A DNA stretch of 64,000 bases from an uncultured bacterium (GTDB taxonomy: Bacteria; Planctomycetota; Phycisphaerae; UBA1845): NCBI GenBank assembly GCA_965371245.1, contig CBDUXT010000020.1, positions 2,150-66,149 on the forward strand, given 5' to 3'. Under the pieces are notes generated by a model. It was not told the DNA's origin and did not search any database. It was given only the letters and a program-made list of their open reading frames with translations. Both the position numbers and the translations under genes were made by a program. Below are positions 38,676-49,236 of the stretch, one piece after another (within the stretch, counting starts at the first letter, position 1; each line of letters starts with the position of its first letter).

Positions 38676-40679
38676 ATGGCTATCGACAACTATCGAAACA
38701 TCGCTTTGGTGGGGCACGGGGGCTCTGGAAAAACATCCCTGGCCGAGGCCCTCCTTTTCAAGACCGGCACCACGAATCGCCTGGGGAGCATCCTGGACAA
38801 GACGTCCATCCTCGATTTCACGGAAGAGGAGAAGGAAAAGCAGGCGTCGCACGAATCGGCGGTGTGTTCGTTTATGCACAAGGGACTTCACATCAACCTG
38901 ATCGACACGCCCGGAACGCCATCGCTTTGCGGGACCGCCATCGCCGCACTGTCCGCCGTCGAGTGTGCCGTGGTCGTCGTGTCGGCCTCGGCAGGTATCC
39001 AGGTGAACACGCGGAGGCTGTTGCAACAGGCGCGCGACTATGGAATCGGCGTTTGGATCGTCATCAACCACATCGATGCCGCCAACGTCGAGCTTCCCGC
39101 ACTTGTGGCGCTGATCCAGGAAACCTTCGGGGCCGCCTGTGTCCCGCTGAACCTGCCGACCAACGGTTCCAAGGCTGTCATCGACTGCTTCAGCGAGGAA
39201 GCCGGCAGCGCCGATTTCCTGGACGTTGGCGACGCACACACGGCACTGATCGAAGCGGTGGTGGGCGCGGATGACGCGTTGATGGAGAAGTACCTCGGTG
39301 GCGAGCTTTCCACGGACGAAGCCCGCGCCGCTGCCGCCGCCGCAGTGGCCACAGGCGAGCTGGTGCCGATCCTCTTCACGAACTCGCTGGCGGATGTGGG
39401 CATCACCGAGGTGCTCGATGCACTGGTCTCGTTTTGCCCGTCGCCGGTCACCGGCAAGAAGCGTACGCTTGTCGTCGATGGGACCGAAACAACGATCGAG
39501 CCCAAAGAGGATGGCCCGCTCATCGGGCAGGTGTTTCGTATCAGCACGGACGTGAAGAGCCACATCAAGTACCTCTCCATCCGGCTGCATTCCGGGCGGC
39601 TGACGTCGGACCTGACCCTCAAGACGACCAAACACCTGAAGGGCACACGCCCGGGGCACGTGATGCGAGCGCAAGGGGGCGACCACAGCGAAATCGAGGC
39701 CGGGCTCGCCGGCGACATCATCTGCCTCGCCAAGCTCGACTTCGGCATTCGTGAAACCATCACGACGGAGCATCCAGGTACCATCGCCATGCCCTTTTTG
39801 CCTGAGCCGATGTTCGCCCTCGCCCTTGAATCCAAGAGCCGTGGCGACGAGGACAAGATCAGCCTCGCCCTCAAGCGGTTCGCGGAAGAGGACCCCTGCT
39901 TCATCTCTGAGCGTGGAACCGGGGGCGAACTCGTCATTCGCGGCATGGGCGAACAACAACTGCGAACGTACCTGGCGCGAATGGCCAAGCAACACAAGCT
40001 CGAGGTCGATACCAAGCCGCCCCGAATTCCCTACCGAGAGACGATCACGATCAAGGCCACCGATATCGAATACACCCACAAGAAGCAGACGGGCGGTGCG
40101 GGGCAGTTCGGACGGGTCATCATCAACGTGGTGCCGGCCGAGCGCGGCGAGGGGTACGAGTTCGTCGATAAGATCTTCGGCGGCGTGATCGATCAGGCGT
40201 TTCGACCCAGCGTCGATAAGGGCGTTCGCGCCCAGATGGCCGAGGGCGTGCTCGCCGGGTACCCGGTCGTTGACCTCAAGGTCGAACTCATCGACGGCAA
40301 GACCCACCCCGTCGACAGCAAGGACATCGCCTTTCAGATTGCCGGGCGCGGCGCCTTCAAGGAGGGCTTCCTCAAGGCCAAGCCCGTGCTTCTCGAGCCC
40401 ATCGTCAACATCGAGGTAACCGTTCCGGCGGACAACGTGGGCGACGTCCAGGGCGACCTGGCCTCGCGTCGCGGTCGACCGCAAGGGCAGGACGTGCTCC
40501 CCGGCGGGATGGCGTCGATCAAGGCGGTGGTGCCCCTCGCGGAACTCGCCGACTACAGCTCTCGCCTCTCAAGCGTCACCGGCGGCGCGGGCAGCTACTC
40601 GATGGAGCTGTCCCACTACGAGGCCGTCCCAGGCAACGTGCAACAACAGATCATCGACGCAAGCAAGAAGGACCACTAG
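38676..40679 (+). CDS. fusA: Elongation factor G paralog (EF-G2-like)
   Basis: GHGGSGKTSL, DTPG, GMGEQQL, PYRET, KKQTGGAGQF, HPVDS, LLEPI; G4 reads NHID. Confidence 0.9.
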   Translation: MAIDNYRNIALVGHGGSGKTSLAEALLFKTGTTNRLGSILDKTSILDFTEEEKEKQASHESAVCSFMHKGLHINLIDTPGTPSLCGTAIAALSAVECAVVVVSASAGIQVNTRRLLQQARDYGIGVWIVINHIDAANVELPALVALIQETFGAACVPLNLPTNGSKAVIDCFSEEAGSADFLDVGDAHTALIEAVVGADDALMEKYLGGELSTDEARAAAAAAVATGELVPILFTNSLADVGITEVLDALVSFCPSPVTGKKRTLVVDGTETTIEPKEDGPLIGQVFRISTDVKSHIKYLSIRLHSGRLTSDLTLKTTKHLKGTRPGHVMRAQGGDHSEIEAGLAGDIICLAKLDFGIRETITTEHPGTIAMPFLPEPMFALALESKSRGDEDKISLALKRFAEEDPCFISERGTGGELVIRGMGEQQLRTYLARMAKQHKLEVDTKPPRIPYRETITIKATDIEYTHKKQTGGAGQFGRVIINVVPAERGEGYEFVDKIFGGVIDQAFRPSVDKGVRAQMAEGVLAGYPVVDLKVELIDGKTHPVDSKDIAFQIAGRGAFKEGFLKAKPVLLEPIVNIEVTVPADNVGDVQGDLASRRGRPQGQDVLPGGMASIKAVVPLAELADYSSRLSSVTGGAGSYSMELSHYEAVPGNVQQQIIDASKKDH

Positions 40680-40718
40680 AGCGGCGTTTCACAGGTAAAG
40701 CAACGACATGGGCCCCCT

Positions 40719-40771
40719 GAGCCGTAGGGTTTAGCCCGCGCGGACATCCGCGCAAGCTGAAGCATGCGGCA
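40719..40771. repeat. Degenerate family A REP pair
   Basis: GAGCCGTAGGGTTTAGCCCGCGCGG followed by an inverted degenerate copy. Confidence 0.6.
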
Positions 40772-41101
40772 CAGGTAGTCGCGGTTGGTGTGAAACACGT
40801 TACGAGAGCGGCGGAAGCGAACGCATCCGTCGCATGGTCAAGCCACCGCACAGCCCACCTTGTCGGAACCTGTGCTTCGCCCCTGCCCGACTCGCCGGGG
40901 TTTGTTTCGAGCGTGACGAGGCGCTATACTCTATAGGCCTACCCCGACAACGCGTGAGGCTTGGGCTTCCAGCCCGTTTATGCACGGCAAGATGGCGGTG
41001 CCACGCAAATCCGGGATAGGCTCTTGGTAGGACAGCGGCGGATCGCCGAGCGCCCCGCCGGCGAAGATCACCATAGGGCTTTTCCGCGGACTCACCTCGC
41101 C

Positions 41102-41269
41102 ATGTATTTCGACTTTACCGCACTGGTCTGTATCGGCGTCGTGGTGGCCATCGTCATGGCGGCCACATCGGCGGGCCGGACGTCGCGCCGTTGCCCGCGC
41201 TGTCGTGAGATCAACCGCGAACCCGCCGTCTTCTGCGCCCAATGCGGGGCGCGGCTCCCCGGTCAGTGA
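41102..41269 (+). CDS. Small TM plus zinc-ribbon protein (55 aa)
   Basis: TM helix then CPRC..FCAQCG; GTGA overlap with mutY. Confidence 0.7.
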   Translation: MYFDFTALVCIGVVVAIVMAATSAGRTSRRCPRCREINREPAVFCAQCGARLPGQ

Positions 41270-42477
41270 CCCGCCCATCCCAGCACACCGCCAAGACCGC
41301 AGTTTCCCTCTCCCCGCCCCGCCGCGCGCTGATCCGGAGAAGACTGCTTGGATGGTATGACCGCCATCGCCGCGACCTGCCGTGGCGCCGCCGCGCCCAT
41401 GATCCATACGCGCAGTGGGTGGCCGAGATGATGCTCCAGCAGACCCGCGTGGATGCCGTTCTCGACCGCTACGAGCCGTTCCTCCGGCGATTCCCGACAG
41501 TGGAGGCGTTCGCCCGAGCCCGGTACCCCACCGTACTCAAGCACTGGGAGGGGCTGGGTTACTATCGCCGAATCCTGTTTTTCCATCGAGCGGCCCAGGA
41601 ACTCCAGCGTCAAGGTCGTGGCATCCCCACAGCCGCGGCCGAGTTACGGCGCCTTCCCGGTGTGGGGGAATACACGGCCGCCGCGATCGCCTCCATCGCG
41701 TTCGGTGAGCGGATCGCCGCGGTGGACGGAAACGTCGCGCGGGTGGTCGCCCGACTCTTCGGTGTGGGTGACGACGTCCTGACAGCAAAGGGCAAGCGGC
41801 GGATCGGCGAGTTCGCATCACAGCTCGTGCCGACCAAGCGCCCCGGCGATTTCAACCAGGCCTGGATGGACCTGGGCAGCAGCGTATGCACGCCCACCTC
41901 ACCGAAGTGCGACCGCTGTCCCCTCGAGTCAAGTTGTGTGGCCGCCGCTACCGACCGGGCGGAACACCTCCCCGTTCGAGGCGCGAACCGCGGCACCGTC
42001 CGACCAAAACTGTCGATTCTCGTGGCCGTCCTGGTTCGCGGCGATCGTCTGCTGGTTCACCGTAGACCCCTCGGCGGGCTTTGGTCCGGGCTCTGGGAGT
42101 TCGTCAACGAAGAAGGAAACGGAGGGGCGGGCGAGGTTCGCAGGCTGGCCGACGGGCTCGGCGTCAGGTTGGAGGGAACGCCGCGCAAGGTGGCCACCGT
42201 CCGCCACCAACTGACGCATCGCTCGATCGTGTTCAACGTGTACGTCGGCGTCGCGCAGGGCAGGCAGACAGCCAGGGGACTCGGGGCGTCGTATCGCTGG
42301 GTCACGCAACGCGGCTTCGGGCGGCTCTCGGTTTCCACGGCTCACCGCCGCATTTACGAAGCCGCCCAAGCGGCGCTTGTCCGCATTGGCGCACCCGAGC
42401 GTGGCAACTCCGCTTCGACCGTAGGACCGCGCAGGCTAAAGCCCGCGGCTCGGGAAAAAATGTTCAGGAGCGCCTAA
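41266..42477 (+). CDS. mutY: A/G-specific adenine glycosylase
   Basis: RRDLPWR, EMMLQQT, WEGLGYY, LPGVGEYTA, VDGNV, C-X6-C-X2-C-X5-C, GLWEF, HQLTH. Confidence 0.95.
   Translation: MTRPSQHTAKTAVSLSPPRRALIRRRLLGWYDRHRRDLPWRRRAHDPYAQWVAEMMLQQTRVDAVLDRYEPFLRRFPTVEAFARARYPTVLKHWEGLGYYRRILFFHRAAQELQRQGRGIPTAAAELRRLPGVGEYTAAAIASIAFGERIAAVDGNVARVVARLFGVGDDVLTAKGKRRIGEFASQLVPTKRPGDFNQAWMDLGSSVCTPTSPKCDRCPLESSCVAAATDRAEHLPVRGANRGTVRPKLSILVAVLVRGDRLLVHRRPLGGLWSGLWEFVNEEGNGGAGEVRRLADGLGVRLEGTPRKVATVRHQLTHRSIVFNVYVGVAQGRQTARGLGASYRWVTQRGFGRLSVSTAHRRIYEAAQAALVRIGAPERGNSASTVGPRRLKPAAREKMFRSA
42424..42452. repeat. REP family A copy within the mutY 3' end
   Basis: GGACCGCGCAGGCTAAAGCCCGCGGCTC. Confidence 0.7.
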
Positions 42478-42986
42478 TAAAAGACTGTGAGAATCAGGTT
42501 GGGCTCGGTGTGCTTGCCCTCGAAGAGCCCGATGGTCGAGTTGGCAAACTTCACGACGATGTCCTCGCTTTCATCGAGCCACTCGTTGACCTGGTTGTTC
42601 AAGTACTCGACGGCCCCCTCGCTCAGGCGGCAGTGGAACACCCGGCACCGCGTGCCCCCGATGCTGTCGGGGCGAAGCGCGCGTTTGAACTTGGTGTCGT
42701 CCCAAGCACGGGCCTTGCCGAGGGTCGCCGCGGTTGCCCCATGAATCTGGCTGCTGGACATCGCGACCTTGGTTTCGGGTGCGTCGTCGAATCCTTCGAG
42801 TTCGATCGGCGCGAAGTCCTCCTCGCCGCCGCCGCCCGCGGCGGCGTCGTGGTCCCGCTCGTAATCGGCTGCGCAGTGCGAGCAGAGCAGCTTGCCGCCT
42901 TCGTATCGCGCGATACCGGAATCCAGGTGCTCGGGGTAGATGCTCGCGCCGCAACCTTCGCAGCTCGAAAGGTGATCTGAGGTCAT
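42474..42986 (-). CDS. Hypothetical protein with N-terminal CxxC..CxxC zinc finger
   Basis: CEGC..CSHC, acidic linker, compact C-terminal domain; AGGAG RBS. Confidence 0.75.
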   Translation of the reverse strand: MTSDHLSSCEGCGASIYPEHLDSGIARYEGGKLLCSHCAADYERDHDAAAGGGGEEDFAPIELEGFDDAPETKVAMSSSQIHGATAATLGKARAWDDTKFKRALRPDSIGGTRCRVFHCRLSEGAVEYLNNQVNEWLDESEDIVVKFANSTIGLFEGKHTEPNLILTVFY

Positions 42987-43042
42987 GCCATAGGCTCCTG
43001 AAAGGATAAGCCCGCGATTCTAACGACGTAGATCAATCACCG

Positions 43043-43750
43043 TCAACGTGTCGCTTCCTGCAGCTCTCGCAAAATGGCGACGCCCGCGGACGTTCCAAGC
43101 CGATCCGCCCCCGCCTCCACCATCGCCAGCGCGTGACTGGCCGTGCGGATGCCACCGGCCGCCTTCACCCGAATCGGGGACGCCGTTCGTTTTAGCAGGC
43201 GAACGTGTTCCACCGTCGCACCCCCGGCGGGGTGGAACCCGGTCGATGTCTTCACGAAATCCGCCTCGCCCTCCGCACAACATCGACAGCCGAGGATGAT
43301 CTGCTCGGTGGTCAGGACGGCCGTCTCCAGGATGACCTTCAACACGCCTCCCGGCATACGATGCACCGCGCGTGCAACCGATTCGATGTCCTGACGAACG
43401 ATCAACCGATCCCCAGCAAGCAGCGCGCCAAGGGCAACGACCATATCGATCTCCGCTGCTCCTTCGTCCAACGCCCGCCGGGCTTCATCCACCTTGATCG
43501 ACGTGAGGTTCGCCCCAAGCGGAAAGCCCGCCACCGACACGACCTTGACCCTGCGACCCGATGGCGATTCACCGCCGAGGCCGTCCAACCGCTGTGCGGC
43601 CCGCCGTACATAGCACGGGTTCACGCAGACCGCGCCGAACCCCCATCGAACGGCCTGGTCGCAAAGCCTGTCAATCCCGCCGGGGGTCGCGTCCGCTTTA
43701 AGGAGCGTGTGGTCGATCCGCTCCGCCAACGCAGCCGAGTTCATCGTCAT
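43043..43750 (-). CDS. deoC: Deoxyribose-phosphate aldolase
   Basis: IDHTLLK, GFPLG, EIDMV, LKVILET, FVKTSTGF, VKAAGGIR, RLGTS. Confidence 0.96.
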   Translation of the reverse strand: MTMNSAALAERIDHTLLKADATPGGIDRLCDQAVRWGFGAVCVNPCYVRRAAQRLDGLGGESPSGRRVKVVSVAGFPLGANLTSIKVDEARRALDEGAAEIDMVVALGALLAGDRLIVRQDIESVARAVHRMPGGVLKVILETAVLTTEQIILGCRCCAEGEADFVKTSTGFHPAGGATVEHVRLLKRTASPIRVKAAGGIRTASHALAMVEAGADRLGTSAGVAILRELQEATR

Positions 43751-45030
43751 GATTGCGCGTCCACGAGTGGGAACCTGGAAATCAGTCGAGCGACGCCGTC
43801 ATCCTGCATGAGATAGGAAAGCGCGGAACGCTCGGCGAAAGCGCCTAGGACGGGGACTCGAGTGGCCGCCCGATCGACCATCCCCAATGCATGGGCCACG
43901 CCATCGAAGACGACGGTCTCCCTCCCCTCCAGGGCGGACCAAAGCCGGGCCAGCCATCCGACCACCGCAACCGAAAGCCACAGGGCGGTCAGACCGTCGA
44001 ACACGTCAAAGCCGTAATAGCCTTGACCGAACACCGCCCGGCCGGTGATGCGAGCGGCCACGTATCGTTCGAGAAGATCGTCAATGGACGCCGGATCGCG
44101 CGGCGCCGATCGGACCGCTTCGACGGACGCGAACGTGACACACTCGGCCAAACCGGGAATCTTCGGGACGGTGCCCTTGCCCGACCGGAATCGCCAGGCC
44201 ATGACAACCTGTTGGCATCGCTTGCGGAGCTTGGCGATGCATCCAGATCGAATCTCGCAGAGCGACAGGTGCTGGGTGTGCGCGAAGACGGACTGCCTAA
44301 GCAGCGCGGCCTGTCGCCGGCTGGGGGCGGCGGGAGGGACCGTACATTCGACCGGAAGCGAGCCGAACAGGACATCCAGAAGCTCACGCAGGCGCGGTCC
44401 GCGAACCTTCGCAAGCTTCGCGCCGGACAGCGTCGCCGAAACCCGAGCCGCCCCGACCAAACGCTCGGTCAGCGGCCGCTCTGTGTTGTTCATCCAGCGG
44501 AGATACGCCTTGGTAATGGCATCGATCTCGTCGGGTGTGGCAGGCGGTCCCGGCGACAGAAGCGCGCCATCGCCCGGGCTCGTCGCTTGCCGCGGCAGCA
44601 GATCGGACAGGGTTGAAATCCACGCGCGGTGCCGGTCGAGAGGCTCGCCTTTTGAGGCAACCGCGCTGGGGCAATCGAAACGCAGCGTTGCCTGCCAGGC
44701 CCCTTCGACGGCTCGCACGGAGAATGGAAACAGGCGGCAGGCCAGCGGTTTCGCCTTCTCCCCGTGGGCACTGTGGATCCGGCAGCGGTCCTGGTCATCG
44801 AGGAACACGCAGGCACCATCCGGGCGTTTGTTGAGCACCCAGCCGCCCCCGACGCGAACCAACGGCGCGTCGCCGAGTGCCTCCGTCGAGCCCAACCGTT
44901 CGATCTCCTGCCGCTCGTGCTCGAAGACGTGCACGACCAGCGTGCGGCAGCAGTCGCCGCAGGAGTGACACGACCAGCGCTGCGTCGCCACCTTAGGCAT
45001 GAGGACCCGAAGAGATTGTGAAGCGCTCAT
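43747..45030 (-). CDS. YkgJ/CxxCxxCC cysteine-cluster protein, FliB-like
   Basis: WSCHSCGDCC, GACVFLD, CRIH, KPLACRLFP, FDCP. Confidence 0.78.
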   Translation of the reverse strand: MSASQSLRVLMPKVATQRWSCHSCGDCCRTLVVHVFEHERQEIERLGSTEALGDAPLVRVGGGWVLNKRPDGACVFLDDQDRCRIHSAHGEKAKPLACRLFPFSVRAVEGAWQATLRFDCPSAVASKGEPLDRHRAWISTLSDLLPRQATSPGDGALLSPGPPATPDEIDAITKAYLRWMNNTERPLTERLVGAARVSATLSGAKLAKVRGPRLRELLDVLFGSLPVECTVPPAAPSRRQAALLRQSVFAHTQHLSLCEIRSGCIAKLRKRCQQVVMAWRFRSGKGTVPKIPGLAECVTFASVEAVRSAPRDPASIDDLLERYVAARITGRAVFGQGYYGFDVFDGLTALWLSVAVVGWLARLWSALEGRETVVFDGVAHALGMVDRAATRVPVLGAFAERSALSYLMQDDGVARLISRFPLVDAQS

Positions 45031-45123
45031 CGCCCGATTGTGGAAGGATCGCGGCCAGGACGCAACGATGACGCCATCAGAACATGCGATACTAATGCGG
45101 CGTTACGCGTAGACTTGCTGGTT

Positions 45124-45327
45124 GGGTGGCCCATGGCTTTAGGGGCTGTCGATTTAGTCCGTTTACATCCTCACGAAACGGCTGTCAGGAATCAAAACCA
45201 TAGTATTGACCATCGATCATGCCGTTTCCGGCGCTCGACTTCGATTAAATCGACAGGCCCTTTAGCCGTGGGGGACGCGAATCGGGAGACCATTCGAGTC
45301 CCCCACCTCTGAAGAGGTGGGCCACCC
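45124..45327. repeat. Inverted REP pair GGGTGGCCCA..TGGGCCACCC; left copy interrupted by a MITE
   Basis: Left REP is reconstituted as CCCATGGC-TTTA-GCCGTGGG; right REP is CCCACCTCTGAAGAGGTGGGCCACCC. Confidence 0.65.
45141..45261. mobile_element. Putative 121-bp MITE with 19-bp terminal inverted repeats
   Basis: AGGGGCTGTCGATTTAGTC ... GATTAAATCGACAGGCCCT (17/19 match), TT/TTA duplication. Confidence 0.65.
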
Positions 45328-45404
45328 ACCGAGCAGGATCCGCAGATTCGAGGTTGCCCGTAAGACAGGCTGGTTATGAGCAAGTGGTCGTTGGCCGGCT
45401 GAAC

Positions 45405-45483
45405 GACTGCGGCGCCAGCCTGCGGACGCGGCAACCAAACCGAGCCGTGTCACCGGGCTGGCGCCCGGTGCTCTGAAAACTGC
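45405..45483. repeat. Composite REP element, as at 21609-21684
   Basis: GCGCCAGCCTGCGGAC ... TCACCGGGCTGGCGCCCGGTGCTCTGAAAACTGC. Confidence 0.7.
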
Positions 45484-45519
45484 GTGATGCCGATTCCGCC
45501 GCGCACCCGCGATTATACG

Positions 45520-46125
45520 TCACCGCTGCACGGGTTCCCCAACCGAGCGCAGCACTTCGTCGGCCGATCGATCTTCGAAGCTGATCTTCGCCCGCAGGCG
45601 GCACGACGCGATCCGGACGCCCTCCGCCGCGGCAAGCTGTGCGTGGATTCGGGTGCCAAAGAGAACGCGATCGCCAACTCGGTCGGTATGCTCCGACAAC
45701 CATCGGTTCATGAATGTCGTCGAGGCAAGCGGGTAGCTTAGCGCCGTCAGGTCGGGCGGATCGAAGTCGTAGAGCCGGGCGAGTTGCAAATCGACGGGGC
45801 AAGGAGCCGGGTACTCGTCCGCCGCTGCGGTCAACGCCTCGTAGTCCGCCTTGGCGCTCGCGCCGTCGGCGCGCAGGAAGCAGACGGCCTCCTTGCCGGT
45901 CAGAACCCCACTGCTGGCGACGCGTAGCTCGACGGTTCCGTCCTCGGCGCCCCGGTAAATCTCGTACGTCGTTCCACCGGCGTGCAGCGGGGACGCGCGC
46001 AGCACTTCGATCTCCGCGGCCGTATAGCCCACGGCCACATGGGTTCCGAAGTCGTAAACAAACAGCCCGGTGTACCGCGGCGGATCACACAGAGGCGGCA
46101 ACGGGGGCAGTGGTCGAGATGTCAT
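45520..46125 (-). CDS. Hypothetical protein
   Basis: 201-aa ORF with normal composition, co-oriented with its neighbours. Confidence 0.65.
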   Translation of the reverse strand: MTSRPLPPLPPLCDPPRYTGLFVYDFGTHVAVGYTAAEIEVLRASPLHAGGTTYEIYRGAEDGTVELRVASSGVLTGKEAVCFLRADGASAKADYEALTAAADEYPAPCPVDLQLARLYDFDPPDLTALSYPLASTTFMNRWLSEHTDRVGDRVLFGTRIHAQLAAAEGVRIASCRLRAKISFEDRSADEVLRSVGEPVQR

Positions 46126-46158
46126 GGTGATGTCAGAGCAGAGTCATTTCATTGTGCC

Positions 46159-46187
46159 GAGCCGCGGGCTTTAGCCCGCGCGGACTC
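46159..46187. repeat. REP family A
   Basis: GAGCCGCGGGCTTTAGCCCGCGCGGACTC. Confidence 0.75.
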
Positions 46188-46244
46188 CCGGGTATGAACG
46201 TATTCTCGGCATTCATGGAACGGCCCACGGAACCGGACTGCGCA

Positions 46245-47447
46245 TTAGCCGAGGCGAAGACGGACGAAGCGGCGCTTGCCGCGCTGCAGCACGTCACCGT
46301 TGCTGACCGCCAGGGGTGCGAGCGCGTCCTCGACGACCCGGCCGTTTAGGCGAATGCCGCCGCCCGCCACCGTTCGCCGGGCTTCGCCGCGCGATTTCTC
46401 GAATCCGCAGAGGGTTAGCAGATCGATCGGAACAATCGCCCCGTCTCTTACGCTTTGGCACGGGACGAGAAACTCCGGGATCTCATCGGGCAGCCCGCCG
46501 GCGCTATGGACGCGCAGGAACTCCTCGGCCGCGGCGTCGGCGGCGGCTGCAGAGTGGTAGCAAGTGATGATCGTCTTGGCCAGTTTCTCTTTCGCGTCAC
46601 GCGCTTTGCACCGCGCCGGATCGACCAGCGAATCGATCTCCGCCGGCGGGAAGTCGGTCAGAAGCTCAAAGTAAGATCGCATCAGGTCGTCCGAGATCCG
46701 CATGATCTTCCCGAACATCTCGCCGGGTTCGTCCGTGATGGCCACGTAGTTGCCCAGCGACTTGCTCATCTTTTCCTTGCCGTCGGTACCGACAAGCAAG
46801 GGCAGGACCATCACGATTTGCGGCGGCTGACCGGCGCTTCGCTGCAGGTCTCTCCCGCAGAGGTTGTTGAACGTCTGGTCCGTGCCGCCGAGTTCAACGT
46901 CGGCTTCCACGGCCACGCTGTCGCGCGCCTGCATCAGCGGATAGAGCAGCTCGTGCAAGTAGATCTCCTTGCCCTCGGCCTGGCGCTTGGCGAAGGTGTC
47001 GCGCTCCAGCATCCGCGCGACCGTCATGCTGCTCATCAGCTTCACCACGTCGGTCGCGGTCATCGGCGTCAACCATTCGCTGTTCCGGCGAATCTCCAGC
47101 TTGTCGTCCGACATGTCCAGCACCTTGCCCGCCTGTCGCAAGTAGGTCTGGGCGTTGGTCTCGACCTCGTCTTCCGTTAACGCGGGGCGCGTCTTGGACC
47201 GACCCGTCGGGTCACCGATCATGGCCGTGAAGGCGCCGATGATCAGCACGGCCTTGTGCCCCAGGTCCTGGAACTGCCGGAGTTTGCGCAGGACGACCGT
47301 GTGACCCAGCGTCAGGTCCGGCGCGGTGGGGTCCAGCCCCAGCTTGACGCGCAGCGGCCGCCCGGCGGCGAGCCGCTCGGCCAACTCGGCCGGCGTGAAG
47401 ACGCCGTCGCACCCGCGAACAAGCGTTTCCAGTTGGCCTTTGCTCAT
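46245..47447 (-). CDS. tyrS: Tyrosine--tRNA ligase
   Basis: KLGLDPTAPDLTLGH, IGDPTGRS, YPLMQ, GGTDQTFN, KMSKS, S4 domain. Confidence 0.97.
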   Translation of the reverse strand: MSKGQLETLVRGCDGVFTPAELAERLAAGRPLRVKLGLDPTAPDLTLGHTVVLRKLRQFQDLGHKAVLIIGAFTAMIGDPTGRSKTRPALTEDEVETNAQTYLRQAGKVLDMSDDKLEIRRNSEWLTPMTATDVVKLMSSMTVARMLERDTFAKRQAEGKEIYLHELLYPLMQARDSVAVEADVELGGTDQTFNNLCGRDLQRSAGQPPQIVMVLPLLVGTDGKEKMSKSLGNYVAITDEPGEMFGKIMRISDDLMRSYFELLTDFPPAEIDSLVDPARCKARDAKEKLAKTIITCYHSAAAADAAAEEFLRVHSAGGLPDEIPEFLVPCQSVRDGAIVPIDLLTLCGFEKSRGEARRTVAGGGIRLNGRVVEDALAPLAVSNGDVLQRGKRRFVRLRLG

Positions 47448-47552
47448 GATCGGCTCATGTCACTGTTTCAGGCTGCTTCTCACTTCGTGCGATGAATCGG
47501 CACGACCGGGCGTGCGACGGTTTTTTCAAATCCGTGCCCGTAAGGAAGCGGC

Positions 47553-47679
47553 GGGTGGCATGCCCAAGCCGGAGGCGCGGGCATGTGTCGGCGAACCTAG
47601 CACATGGCCGCGCTGCGCTTGCCCATGCCACCCAACGACCGCAGTCGCGAATAGTCGAGCCACCTTTCTGGAAACGGCG

Positions 47680-47682
<3 letters not shown>
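47553..47682. repeat. ~125-bp dispersed repeat, copy 1
   Basis: TGGCATGCCC..GCGCTGCGCTTG.CCATGCCACCCAACGACC..TCGAGCCACCT.TCTGGAAACGGC.CTA; copy 2 at 57032-57157. Confidence 0.8.
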
Positions 47683-49107
<1,425 letters not shown>

Positions 49108-49236
49108 CTCGTCATCCTTTCGATTGAACCGCCGGTGCGAAGCGCCGGTCGGGGCGTCGTACGAATCTCTATTCCTGGCCACGGACCTGCGACGATCCTA
49201 CGGTCATCGACCCACGGCACAAACCAAAAACTGCCT

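Noticed and set aside
38670-40484. 604-aa minus-strand ORF
   Set aside because: Antisense shadow of the EF-G paralog
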